Shown one piece after another: positions 1-8,670 of a stretch of 52,840 nucleotides of DNA. The notes beneath the pieces were generated by a model. That model made no database searches and had not been told where the DNA came from. It worked only from the letters and a program-made list of their open reading frames with translations. Location of the stretch: assembly GCA_050697655.1 (NCBI GenBank), contig JBOHAB010000001.1, positions 1 to 52,840 of the forward strand, in the 5' to 3' direction. Made by a program: the position numbers and the translations under genes. Source of the stretch: Gaiellaceae bacterium. GTDB lineage: Bacteria > Actinomycetota > Thermoleophilia > Gaiellales > Gaiellaceae. The first letter of the stretch is position 1. Each line of letters begins with the position of its first letter.

Positions 1-1
1 T

Positions 2-115
2 CGCGAGCGCGGGCGAGCCCTGCCACACTGGCTCGACCACAACAACCACGCGCGGCCGCACAGCTCGCTCGGAGGCAAGCCCCCGATCAGCCGCGTTCAC
101 AACGTCTGTGGGTAG
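2..115 (+). mobile_element. 3' end of a DDE (rve integrase-core) transposase gene, IS481/IS3-like; the element runs off the left edge
   Basis: The frame starting at nt 2 reads RERGRALPHWLDHNNHARPHSSLGGKPPISRVHNVCG, then TAG at 113-115. The WL-x-x-N-x-x-RPH-x-x-LGG-x-PP-x-SR tail is the conserved C-terminus of rve-type IS transposases. It is edge-truncated and so absent from the ORF track. Confidence 0.6.
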
Positions 116-995
116 GACACCTAGCTCGCTGGTCGGACCGGGGAGTGATATCCGCGATCAGCTCGGTCGCGCGCCAGGCGATGCCGCACTCTCGTTCCTC
201 GAGGAGTGCGTGCCATGCCGCTACGCCACGTTCGCGGATGAAGGCGTCGGGGTCTTTCGACGGGGCCAGCAAGTCGGGGTCGACGACGTCGACCGCCGGG
301 GTCTGTTCGGCTCGAGTAGCTTGCTCGACCGCACGCGCCGTGGCGGTGCGGCCGGGCTCGTCACGGTCGAAGCAAAGCGTGAGCCGCTTCATGCCGAGCC
401 GGGCGAGGCGCTCAAAGGTTCTCGGTTGGATTCCAAGACCGCCGAGCGCGACTGCGTTTTCAATCCCATGCGCTCGCAACTGGTGGACGTCCATGACGCC
501 CTCGACAAGGACGAGGTCGCGCCGTGCTTCGCCGCGGCTGGCGAGGACGTCCGAGAGGCCATACGGTGGGAGGTTGGTTCGGCTTCGGCCTCGCAGGTAG
601 AGGTAGCGGGTGTCGGCGCTATCGTCGTCCGAGAGCGTGCGCGCCCAGAGAGTGCCGACCTGTCGGTACTCGTCGCGCCAGGCGCCGCAAAGCCGTCCCG
701 GCCAGCGTGAGTCGGAGAGGACGCCAGCCTCGGTCACCTCCGCCTCTTCGTACCCTGCGCGTGTCAGGGCCTCGCGGGTGTGCTTCGGCGTGGGGACGAG
801 TCCCAGCCCCGAGTTCTCGATCATCTCGGCTGGGAGCCCGCGTCCCTCGAGGTAGGCACGCGCCTTGACGCCTCTCTCGCTGATGAGCTCCCGTTGACTG
901 AGCTCGAAGAAGTCGCCCAGGAGCTCCGCGCAACGGTCTCGTGGCTCGTTCCGGTCGAGCGGCGCAAGGTCGACCGATCGTCGCGTAGACGACAT
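87..995 (-). CDS. DnaG-like primase / TOPRIM-domain protein lacking the N-terminal zinc finger (probably a truncated plasmid/phage-type primase)
   Basis: From ORF 87..1103. It has a DnaG-like segment AYLEGRGLPAEMIENSGLGLVP, a TOPRIM Glu motif LVLVEGVMDVHQL and a DxD motif LCFDRDEPG. The first sensible in-frame ATG is at 995. The last ~10-15 codons (…CPTHRRCERG) run into the IS end and look non-native. Confidence 0.5.
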   Translation of the reverse strand: MSSTRRSVDLAPLDRNEPRDRCAELLGDFFELSQRELISERGVKARAYLEGRGLPAEMIENSGLGLVPTPKHTREALTRAGYEEAEVTEAGVLSDSRWPGRLCGAWRDEYRQVGTLWARTLSDDDSADTRYLYLRGRSRTNLPPYGLSDVLASRGEARRDLVLVEGVMDVHQLRAHGIENAVALGGLGIQPRTFERLARLGMKRLTLCFDRDEPGRTATARAVEQATRAEQTPAVDVVDPDLLAPSKDPDAFIRERGVAAWHALLEERECGIAWRATELIADITPRSDQRARCPTHRRCERG

Positions 996-1636
996 CCTCG
1001 AAGTCGAAGCCCTTGACCGCGGTCCTATCGATCGTCGCCGCCTCGCCCTGATCGAGACCGAGTCGGAAACTGAGGTCGTTGAGAAGCCGCTCGACGGCTT
1101 CACCGCGATCGCGGACCTCGCTCACGATCTCGGAGCGCCAGCGATGGAGCGGGCTGTCGCTGGTTTCGGGATCGAGTTAAGCGCCGCACCGCGGCCACCT
1201 GCTCCGCGCGCGCCGACTCGAGCAACGCCTCGAGCTTTGCGATGGCGCTCTTCTTACTCGTCTCGTCGAAGGTCGCGCCGAGAGCGTTGGTCACGTCCGT
1301 CAGCCACGTGCGCAGTGCGGCCGTGAGCTCGCCGTTCTCGTCGTCGAGCAGCGCCCGGGCGGAGTCGTCGATCCGCTGCGCGAGCGCATCGACGCTGCGG
1401 TCGAGGCTCTTCGTCATCTCCTCGAAGCGGTGCTCGACGACCTGGGTGTCGACCGTCGCGTTCGCGAGGCGCAGCACGCGCGCCCCCATCTCGACGCACC
1501 GGACGAGCGCGAGTTCTGGATCGTCGCTCGAAGCGACGAACGCGATCGCATCCGGATCGGTGATCCGAAGTTTGTCGACGACGAGCTCGTCGTCGACGAT
1601 GAGGACTGCGCTGGGCTCGGTGGCGAGGATCGTCAT
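976..1636 (-). pseudogene. Frameshifted and 3'-truncated hypothetical gene (coiled-coil N-terminus, start of a nuclease-like KGxxFE module)
   Basis: ORF 1100..1636 reads sensibly to …ARAEQVAAVRRL. The protein-like sequence then continues in another frame (ORF 619..1125): LDPETSDSPLHRWRSEIVSEVRDRGEAVERLLNDLSFRLGLDQGEAATIDRTAVKGFDFEDVVYATIGR. This implies one extra base near the TTAA at 1177-1180. Sense is lost at about 975, where the primase-like frame takes over. Confidence 0.45.
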
Positions 1637-1669
1637 GCACCTTCTCGTCGTCGACGATCGGCTCTCGTC

Positions 1670-2662
1670 TTATGTGCCTCCCGCGAGGCGCGCTAGATGT
1701 TGCTCGACGCGGAGTCGCTGGGCCGTCACTGCCTCGACGCTGTGTCTGTCCCCCGCCTCCTCGAGCAACTCGCAGAGGTCATCAAGCTTCGAGATCAGTG
1801 TCCTGAGCTGTCGGAGGTTGTCCCGCGCACCGGGGTCGCGCTCGGCGGCGCGAAGAAAGCAATCCTCGGCCTTCTTCGCGAGCACCACGTCTCGGTCGCG
1901 AACGGAAAGGTGAACGTAGACGGCACCTAAGGCGTTGAGGACAAAGGAGTCGTCGGGGAAGCGCCGGTCCAGCTCCTCGCCGTGGCGGCGTGCGTCGTCG
2001 AGGCGCCCTATCCGCCGCAGCGTCGCCGTCCACGACGTGTAGACGACTCTGTTCCGCTCGTAGTCCGGCTCGATCTCGATCGCACGCTCGTAGGCGGCGA
2101 GCGCGGAGGGGAGATCGCCAGCGTCCCGGTACGTGGGAGCAAGCACGGCGAGCACGGAGAGCGTCTCCTCCCACGTTGCTGCAACCTTCAGGCCTCGCTC
2201 CAGGAACGCGATGGCGAGCTCGTTGTCCTTGCCTCGGTACGCCGCGCCGAGAGCCTGCGCCTCTTGCGCGCTTGGGATGGTGCGCGCCGACGCGAGGATC
2301 TCCCGTCGCTCTTGCAGCGCGGTTCTCTCGCGCTCCCAACGGCCTCGGTCCTCGGCAGCCTTCGCGACTGCCTCGGCACGAAAGCGGTCGACGTACGCCC
2401 GATCTGAATCGTCGAGCCCGAGCGCGTCGAGGCGCTCGACGAGATCGGCTGCCTGGAAGTATTCGGAGCGATGCATGCGGCAGCGCAGAAGGCGCAAGAG
2501 GGCATCGACGTTCTCGGGGTCGACGTCGAGGACGGCTTGGTTGGCACGCACAGCCTCGTCGCTGAAGACCCCGCGCTTGGCAAGCTCGACTGCGGCCCGG
2601 CCGAGTTTCGAGAGGTCGGGGTCAACGGTTTCGCGGAAGGTCACTCTAGTTCTCTTCGGCAT
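1670..2662 (-). CDS. TPR-repeat protein, function unknown
   Basis: A 330-aa ORF with repeated helical-pair TPR-like units (e.g. LAIAFLERGLKV…, ALAAYERAIEIEPDY…, LNALGAVYVHL…). It is the only long ORF here with coherent composition. Confidence 0.6.
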   Translation of the reverse strand: MPKRTRVTFRETVDPDLSKLGRAAVELAKRGVFSDEAVRANQAVLDVDPENVDALLRLLRCRMHRSEYFQAADLVERLDALGLDDSDRAYVDRFRAEAVAKAAEDRGRWERERTALQERREILASARTIPSAQEAQALGAAYRGKDNELAIAFLERGLKVAATWEETLSVLAVLAPTYRDAGDLPSALAAYERAIEIEPDYERNRVVYTSWTATLRRIGRLDDARRHGEELDRRFPDDSFVLNALGAVYVHLSVRDRDVVLAKKAEDCFLRAAERDPGARDNLRQLRTLISKLDDLCELLEEAGDRHSVEAVTAQRLRVEQHLARLAGGT

Positions 2663-2897
2663 CCGTGCAGTTCGTCCTCAGGGCGTTCGCGGTCGGCCCG
2701 CCTGAACACCACGAGGGAGCGGCTCGGCTCCTCGTATGAAGGCGTCTCTCCCGAGGGCGGCCGAGCGACGCCCACCGGCGCGAGGAACGGTCGCAAGCAG
2801 CTCCGCCGGCCGTACGGCGACAGGCTGCTCCTCGTTATCCGTCCGACATTCACACGCGCCCGATGAACCGTTGGGCCGCTCGTGATTTGATTGCGCT

Positions 2898-3419
2898 ATG
2901 GATGCCCGCGCCCAATCCTTCGATGCGATATTCCGTAGAGACGTCCGGTACATGGTGCCTGTGTTCCAGCGTCGCTACGCGTGGGAGCGAGACCGGCAAT
3001 GGGATCCGTTCTGGCGGGATGTGCTCGAAGTCGTCGAGGCCTACGTACATGCCGCACGATCAAGTCAGACGGCGCCGCGCGGCGACGAGCTGCCTGTCCA
3101 CTTTCTCGGTGCCATTGTTGTCAAGCTCATGCCTTTCGGCGCCGGTCAGCTCGAACTCCGAGAAGTCATCGACGGGCAACAACGCCTCACCACGATCCAG
3201 CTGCTCATCGCGGCGGCGTCATCTGCCCTCGCGAACCTTGGTGCTTCCGAGCAGGCTGAGGTCTTGCGCGATCTCATTGAGAACCGCCCATATCTCACGA
3301 AGGGCCAGCCCGACGCCGTCCTGACAACTTGCAGTCGTCAGGACTCGCAGCCAACCCCGTCGCCCGTAGCCATCGAAGCCAACGGGATCCGGCGGACGCA
3401 CCGCGAAAGTTGCGTGTAG
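2898..3419 (+). pseudogene. N-terminal fragment of a GmrSD-type DUF262 (ParB-like NTPase) / DUF1524 protein
   Basis: It carries FRRDVRYMVPVFQRRYAWERDRQWDPFWRDV and the DUF262 signature VIDGQQRLTTIQLL. Family-like sequence ends near LIENRPYLTKGQPD (~3330). The rest, up to the stop at 3419, is non-homologous-looking filler. The second half of the DUF262 domain is missing here. Confidence 0.7.
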
Positions 3420-3474
3420 TGGTTGGTCGTCGTTGACGTGATCAGCGCTGCGAGTTATCTCGTTGTGAATGCGA

Positions 3475-4057
3475 TTACTCGTCAAGGATCGTTACACGAG
3501 GCCAGCGCTCAAATGGGCGCTTTCGCTCGAGCCGCTGGCGAAAGTCCTCGGCGGTCACGCGACGCGGGTTTCGCCGCAACACCATCCCGAGCAGGTCGCC
3601 AAGCCCGAGAGGCGCAACGACACGCAGTGAGTCGTCCGGCAGCAGGCGCACGGCGACGGCCGTCGCCGTCTCCGGCCACGTTGCGACGGCGTCTTCGATC
3701 GAGGTGAGAGGCTCTACGGGATAACCGAACTTGGCCGTGTACCACGTGTGGACGGCCGCCTGATTCTTGGCGTCCCAGTCGATCGTAGGCATCCGCGTCC
3801 GCAGGGCGGCTTGGACGTCGTAGTCTTCGTTCGGGCGCGAGATCGTCCTGGTCGAAGAAGGCGACGTCCACATCCTTCACGTCCCTGGGTTCGGCGAAGC
3901 CGTGGAGACGATCCCAGACGATGTCGCGAATGACACCGGCGCCTACTACCCACTCCGGCGGGTCGACGTCACGGACGGCTCGGAGCACCGAGACGAACCA
4001 GTCACTGGTGCGGAGGATCGACGCCAGCTGCCGTTCCTGATCAGCGGCCGGATCCAT
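3475..4057 (-). pseudogene. Nucleotidyltransferase-family protein (DUF925 / NTP_transf_6-like) interrupted by a frameshift
   Basis: The N-part comes from ORF 3509..4057 (…WVVGAGVIRDIVWDRLHGF…VKDVDVAFFDQDD). The C-part comes from ORF 3475..3873 (SRPNEDYDVQAAL…DWDAKNQAAVHTWY…WPETATAVAVRL…APLGLGDLL…RRNP). The two frames meet at about 3840. Confidence 0.6.
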
Positions 4058-4211
4058 GGCCTGACCGTAGCGGCGGTATCAGCGGTTTCGCCTCCGCCCG
4101 AATGCGTCCACGATCACTGGCAACCGGGCGTCGCCGATCATCCCGCGGTCGCCTAGTACCCACTCCGCTCGACCATGCAGCGCTAAACCGGTCGGCTTAG
4201 TCTCTGCGTCG

Positions 4212-4448
4212 ATGACGTACTCGGTGACGCTCGAGCACGGAACCGACGGGAGTTACCTTGCGTGGGTCCACGAGCTGCCCGGCTGTTTCGTGCGCGGAGA
4301 GACACGTGGCGACGTTGACGAGCGGCTGCCCGCGGCGATCCAGCATTCCACGACTGGCTGCGGATGCTGGGAGTTCGCCCGCCCAACGTCCGCCCACGGC
4401 ACTGAGATCGTCGCGTTCCCTTCCTCGTCGAGGTGCCACGCAGGGTGA
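4212..4448 (+). CDS. HicB-like (UPF0150) antitoxin-fold protein, possibly frameshifted near 4341
   Basis: YSVTLEHGTDGSYLAWVHELPGCFVRGETRGDVDERLPAAI is a typical HicB/UPF0150 N-terminus. After 4341 an alternative frame reads AFHDWLRMLGVRPPNVRPRH and stops at 4403-4405. That looks more native than the listed tail. Confidence 0.55.
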   Translation: MTYSVTLEHGTDGSYLAWVHELPGCFVRGETRGDVDERLPAAIQHSTTGCGCWEFARPTSAHGTEIVAFPSSSRCHAG

Positions 4449-4618
4449 AGGACGCGGACGCACGCGGCGAACCCAGCTGGGACGAGTGAGAGCACCGATT
4501 CGCCGAAGATCGCCAGGACTTCGACGAGCCAATCCCCCGCACTCACGTCATGCGCCGGTGTTAGTTGCGTGACCCTCTTCCTGCGACCGCCCCACATGAT
4601 CGCGCCCGAGTCTTCCAT
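4379..4618 (-). pseudogene. N-terminal fragment of a hypothetical protein, truncated where it collides with the HicB-like gene
   Basis: ORF 4253..4618 reads DWLVEVLAIFGESVLSLVPAGFAACVRVLHPAWHLDEEGNATISVPWADVGRA and looks protein-like. The remainder is low-complexity and overlaps the convergent HicB-like ORF. Confidence 0.3.
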
Positions 4619-4750
4619 GCATACAAGGCAGGCCGAGGTGCTACCGGCGTGGAGTATGGGATCAAGTCAGAGGTGGGAGCACAACCGCCGCGCACTGGTG
4701 GCCGCGCTTGAGTTCATCGTCCAGTCACGCTGCGCCACCTAAATAGACGG

Positions 4751-5221
4751 TCAATGCTCGACGCCCTCAGGGAAGCGGTCACGGACTAGGTTGAGTTCGA
4801 TGCCGTGCTCGAGCCACGCCTTCAGTCCGGCGAGCACGAGGGTGAAGCCACCGGTCGCCTCGATCGCCTGCTTCGCGATCGATTCCTGATCGCCCGTGAA
4901 GCCGGTGTTGGTGACGGTGATGAAGGTGTTGTCGCCTCTAGGCGCGAACGCCCATGCAACCGCGGTCTGGCCACCTCCACGGTAGGCAGGCCACCGCATC
5001 ACGATCCGCTCGTTCTCCTCAATCAGATCGACGTCGACGTCGACGGACTGGTCGTACATCTCCCACTCCCAGCGCACGCGCTTACCGGGTTTGAGCTTCC
5101 CGCTGCTGCGCGTGAACCAGAACTTGGTCGTGACTTCCGGATCAACGACAGCCCTGAACACCTCGGCCACCGGCCGGCGAATAAGCATTCCTGCCTCAGC
5201 CGCAGTAACGTCTTCATTCAT
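4751..5221 (-). CDS. SRPBCC / AHSA1 (Activator of Hsp90 ATPase homolog 1-like) family protein
   Basis: MNEDVTAAEAGMLIRRPVAEVFRAVVDPEVTTKFWFTRSSG…VDVDLIEENERIVMRWP. The ATG at 5221 is preceded by AGGAGG, so the longer listed ORF (to 5317) is probably upstream read-through. Confidence 0.75.
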   Translation of the reverse strand: MNEDVTAAEAGMLIRRPVAEVFRAVVDPEVTTKFWFTRSSGKLKPGKRVRWEWEMYDQSVDVDVDLIEENERIVMRWPAYRGGGQTAVAWAFAPRGDNTFITVTNTGFTGDQESIAKQAIEATGGFTLVLAGLKAWLEHGIELNLVRDRFPEGVEH

Positions 5222-5409
5222 CGCCGTGTACCTCCTGATCGGAGTTTCATCGCGTCGTGGGGCCTGAGCCTCGCGCTTGGCGGCCTCGATGCCTCGCTCG
5301 AGGAACCTCGCGACCATCCGCCGGCCGACCTCGGGATCGAGTGCGAAACGCTCGGCATCGCGCTCGTGCCAGTCGGCGACCGGCTCGTAGGCCTTCTCCT
5401 CGGGGCAGG

Positions 5410-5525
5410 GTGGCCGTAGTGGTGGTCGATCATCGCGATGCTCGAACCCGTGAAGCGCGAGACCGCGAAGACGGGGATCCCGGCGCGTCCACGCGTGAAT
5501 GGCCCCACGCGAGGCAGGTCAGCTG
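5410..5525 (-). pseudogene. Remnant of the C-terminus of a tyrosine recombinase / phage-type integrase
   Basis: ORF 5218..5631 contains …RAGIPVFAVSRFTGSSIAMIDHHYGH. This matches the conserved integrase C-terminal box (…aG.p…vs..lGHss..mt..hYgH) that carries the catalytic Tyr. Only ~35-40 codons survive, and the frame decays on both sides. Confidence 0.55.
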
Positions 5526-5531
5526 CATTCG

Positions 5532-6416
5532 CTATCGCCGACGGCTTGTCTGGCCGAGAACGTGCGCGAGGAGCGCCGAGTAGTCGTGTTCGCCCCAGCC
5601 GGAGTCGGCTGCATCGCGCAGCCAGGCGCACGAAGCCGTTGCAAGCCGCATGTCGACGTTCGTGAGAGCGGCCGCTCGGACGATGAGCTCTGCATCCTTA
5701 CGGGCCAGGGAGAGCGTGAACCGGGCTGGATAGCGACCGCTCTCGATCATGGTCCAGCGCCGTGCCGCCTGGGCGGCGAGCGGAGTCCGTTCGAGGACAG
5801 ACTTCGTCGCTTCCCGCGACAACCCGAGCCCGTCTGCGAGGGCGATCGCCTCGGCCAGTACGGCCAGAGCGCCGATGAGCGTCGAGTTCGCGACCAGCTT
5901 CGCCGACGCCCCTGTGCCGAGAGGACCGACGTGCTCGACCGTTCCGAGCGTGGAGAGCAGAGGTCGATGCTTCGACATGAGCCACTCCGGTCCGCCGACG
6001 AACATGACGAGAGTGCCCGCCTCAGCCTCGCGAATGCTGCCCAGCACTGGAGCATCGAGCACGTGTACGCCTCGAGGCACGTTGACGCTCAGCCGGGCGA
6101 TTCCCGCCGGTCCGACGGTGGACAGTTCGATGATCGTCGTTGCGTTGCGCACTCCGGCCACGAGTCCCGTCGGGCCGTCAGTTACCGCCTCCAGGGCGGC
6201 CTCGTTCTCGACCATCGTCAGTACGACTTCCGCGTTGGCTGCTGCTGCCGCCGGAGTGTCTGCCACGGCAGCACCGAGCGCCTTCAGGGGAGTGGCCTTT
6301 TCCCGCGACCGATTCCAGACGACGACAGCATGCCCGGTGCTGAGCAGGCGAGTGGCGATACGGCTGCCCATCGCACCAAGGCCGATCACGGCGACGGGTG
6401 CTGCGTCGGCGGGCAT
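5532..6416 (-). CDS. NAD(P)-dependent oxidoreductase, 3-hydroxyisobutyrate/6-phosphogluconate dehydrogenase family
   Basis: It has an N-terminal Rossmann motif VAVIGLGAMGSRIATRLLSTGHAVVVWNRS and family-typical length. The likely start is the ATG at 6416 (MPADAAP…). Confidence 0.8.
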   Translation of the reverse strand: MPADAAPVAVIGLGAMGSRIATRLLSTGHAVVVWNRSREKATPLKALGAAVADTPAAAAANAEVVLTMVENEAALEAVTDGPTGLVAGVRNATTIIELSTVGPAGIARLSVNVPRGVHVLDAPVLGSIREAEAGTLVMFVGGPEWLMSKHRPLLSTLGTVEHVGPLGTGASAKLVANSTLIGALAVLAEAIALADGLGLSREATKSVLERTPLAAQAARRWTMIESGRYPARFTLSLARKDAELIVRAAALTNVDMRLATASCAWLRDAADSGWGEHDYSALLAHVLGQTSRRR

Positions 6417-6946
6417 CACGCAGCGTCGTTCGCGTCGGACCTCAGCCAAGCCAGAACCTCGGCGCCGTGCGTCTCCGGCTTGGCCACGGGATGGAAGATC
6501 TTCGTGATGCTGCCGTCGCTGATGATCGTCAGGCGCTCGTAGAAGCGCCGGCCGGCGACCTCGAGTGTCGGTAGCCCAAGCGCCCCGGCCAGGAGGAACC
6601 CGGGGTCGCTGAGCAGTGGGTACGGGATCGACGCACGAGTGGCGAACCGGCGCTGCTGCTCAAGCACCTGTGAGCTCAGCCCCATGACGCGCGCGCCAAG
6701 CTTGCTCAGCTCCCGTTCGTGGTCACGGAACGAACAAGCCTCGGCGGTACACCCGCGCGCTCCCGGGATGCGATCCCAGCCGCGAGGGTCCCGCTCGCCC
6801 GCGACCGCCGTTCGCGGGTAGACGTAGAGGACGACGTATCTGCCGGGCCTCTCCGTTAGGTGCACGACACCTCGGGAGGACGGAAATTGCAGCGCCGGAA
6901 GCGGCTCGCCTTCGAGCCTGGCCGCCAAAGAAGGGCCCACCCGCAC
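6416..6946 (-). CDS. Peroxiredoxin (Bcp / AhpC-TSA family)
   Basis: It carries the motif PGARGCTAEACSFRD (peroxidatic Cys context) plus IPYPLLSDPG. The upstream part of listed ORF 6416..7138 overlaps the MocR gene and is Arg/Ser junk. The likely start is GTG at 6946 or 6940. Confidence 0.7.
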   Translation of the reverse strand: MRVGPSLAARLEGEPLPALQFPSSRGVVHLTERPGRYVVLYVYPRTAVAGERDPRGWDRIPGARGCTAEACSFRDHERELSKLGARVMGLSSQVLEQQRRFATRASIPYPLLSDPGFLLAGALGLPTLEVAGRRFYERLTIISDGSITKIFHPVAKPETHGAEVLAWLRSDANDAA

Positions 6947-7001
6947 GAACCTAGGACTCGGCCCGGCGCCAATCAAGCGCGCATTGGCGGCGCCGCTGAG
7001 G

Positions 7002-8507
7002 CTAGACCACGACGTCGAGCCGGCTCGAGTCGATGGAGGCCAGCGCCCGCCGATAGGCCTTCCACGCGCCTGCCAGCCGCCGGATCGCCTCCTCGAGCAC
7101 GACCTCCTCGTGATCGAAAGACAAGCGAACGAACTCATCGAACCGTCCCGTGGTGGACATCACCGAACCCGGTGCGATGGAGACGCCGCGGCGATGCGCG
7201 ATCTGCGCGAGCTCTGTCGAGCTCCCATCCGGGAGGCGCACCCAGAGCGAGAGACCACCTTGCGGTCGCCGCCACTCCCATTCAGGGAGATACCGCCCGA
7301 GGAGCTCCTCTAGGAGCGTCAAGCGTGTCTCGAGCTCGCGGCAACGGCACGCGCGGACGTACTCGGAACGAACGAGCAGATTCACAGCTATCGCCTGGCT
7401 CGGAAGGGAAGTACCGAGATCCGCCACCGCCTTGAGTCGTCCGAGTTGGACGATGGTAGGCCGTGGCGCCCGTACCCAGCCCACCCGCAGGCCGGCCCAA
7501 CAGATCTTGCTGAAAGAGCCGATCGAGACGATCGTCGTGTTGCGCGCGTAGGCTGCGAGCGGCCGTGGAGGCTCGGGACCCAGCACGAGCTCGGCGAGTG
7601 TGTCGTCCTCGACGATCGGAAGCTCGGTCGCTCGCGCGAACCGGACCAGCTCGCGTCTTGCCTGATCCGGCATGACCGAGCCCGTGGGATTGTGGAACGT
7701 GGGCATCAGGTAGACGGCACTGACGCGATTCTCGACGACGGTTCGCTCAAGCAGTTCCACGTCAGCGTCAGACCGGCAAACCGGGACGGGCAGAATCCGG
7801 GCCCCGACCGTTCGGAAGACGTCGATTGCGCCGGGGTAGGTGGGGTCCTCCATCACCACTACGCCTCGGTGGCTCGCGCAGCTTCGGGCGAACAGGCTGA
7901 TCCCTTGCTGGGCACCGCCGGTGACGAGGATCTCCTCGCCGCTGGATGGAAGACCATGCGCCGTCAGGTGATCAGCGATCGCCTGACGGAGTGGTGGATA
8001 GCCGAGCGGAAAATAGCCGTGCGAGAGAGTCAGTTCGCGGATGTCAACTGTGGCGGCCGCTTCCGCCAGCGCCTCCCTGATTGCCGGGCTCGGCGGTGCC
8101 GAGCTCCCGAGGAGGTCGATCGTGTCCGGCGACGGTTCGCCTAGACGGCGAAAGAGGAGGTTCCGCTGGAGCGAGGTGGCGAGCGCGGCCGCACGCGCAT
8201 CGACACCGACCGTGTCGCCGCGTATGACGTGCGTTCCTCGCCCCTGCCGACGGTCGACGAGCCCTCTGCGCTGGAGTAGCTCGTAGGCGGCAGAGACCGT
8301 CCCTCTCGCAATGCCGAGCTCCGTCGCGAGGACGCGCTCCGGGGGAAGACGGGTGCCAGCGGGCAAATCGTCGCGCTCGACGGCGTCTGCGAGCGATGTC
8401 CCGAGCCGTTCATGGAGGGAGCCGTCACCCTCGTCCCAGCCGTCCAGGGCTTGCCAGAGATCGAGCGAAAGAGCCCTGCCGAGTGATGCTCGACTGCCTT
8501 TGCGCAT
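7002..8507 (-). CDS. MocR/GntR-family regulator with a fold-type I aminotransferase-like domain; PdxR-like by context
   Basis: It has an N-terminal wHTH (LPPERVLATELGIARGTVSAAYELLQRRGLVDRRQGRGTHV) and a C-terminal AAT-like domain with SFSKICWAGLRVGW. It is divergent from pdxS. The start is taken as ATG 8507 (MRKGSRAS). Confidence 0.8.
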   Translation of the reverse strand: MRKGSRASLGRALSLDLWQALDGWDEGDGSLHERLGTSLADAVERDDLPAGTRLPPERVLATELGIARGTVSAAYELLQRRGLVDRRQGRGTHVIRGDTVGVDARAAALATSLQRNLLFRRLGEPSPDTIDLLGSSAPPSPAIREALAEAAATVDIRELTLSHGYFPLGYPPLRQAIADHLTAHGLPSSGEEILVTGGAQQGISLFARSCASHRGVVVMEDPTYPGAIDVFRTVGARILPVPVCRSDADVELLERTVVENRVSAVYLMPTFHNPTGSVMPDQARRELVRFARATELPIVEDDTLAELVLGPEPPRPLAAYARNTTIVSIGSFSKICWAGLRVGWVRAPRPTIVQLGRLKAVADLGTSLPSQAIAVNLLVRSEYVRACRCRELETRLTLLEELLGRYLPEWEWRRPQGGLSLWVRLPDGSSTELAQIAHRRGVSIAPGSVMSTTGRFDEFVRLSFDHEEVVLEEAIRRLAGAWKAYRRALASIDSSRLDVVV

Positions 8508-8660
8508 TGGCCTCAGCGTTGCCACGAGAGCGCTCCATTGGCATGTACGCCCCGGGCTTCCAATGCATGAGACCAAACGCTCTTCAAACGACTAGAGTAT
8601 CTCGCCACGCTACGAGGGTACCAATGCCCGCTTGATTGGCCTTGCTGCATTGGCTCAATG
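8505..8660. promoter_or_regulatory. Divergent PdxR-like/pdxS control region with a repeated CATTGG/CCAATG hexamer (candidate MocR operator set)
   Basis: CATTGG occurs at 8505-8510, 8536-8541 and 8648-8653. GATTGG occurs at 8634-8639. The reverse complement CCAATG occurs at 8560-8565 and 8621-8626. A TAGAGT -10-like box lies at 8593-8598. Confidence 0.45.
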
Positions 8661-8670
8661 TCGCACTCGT

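Noticed and set aside
4058-4211. A HicA toxin partner upstream of the HicB-like gene
   Set aside because: No small ORF with HicA-like sequence is visible in either direction. The interval has no coherent reading frame.
5222-5409. The 5' extension of the SRPBCC ORF and adjacent frame (…PEEKAYEPVADWHERDAERFALDPEVGRRMVARFLERGIEAAKREAQA) as an additional gene or as the continuation of the integrase remnant
   Set aside because: The peptide looks protein-like, but I cannot match it to integrase C-termini or any family. It has no start codon or SD of its own. It is left as unassigned, possibly relic, sequence.
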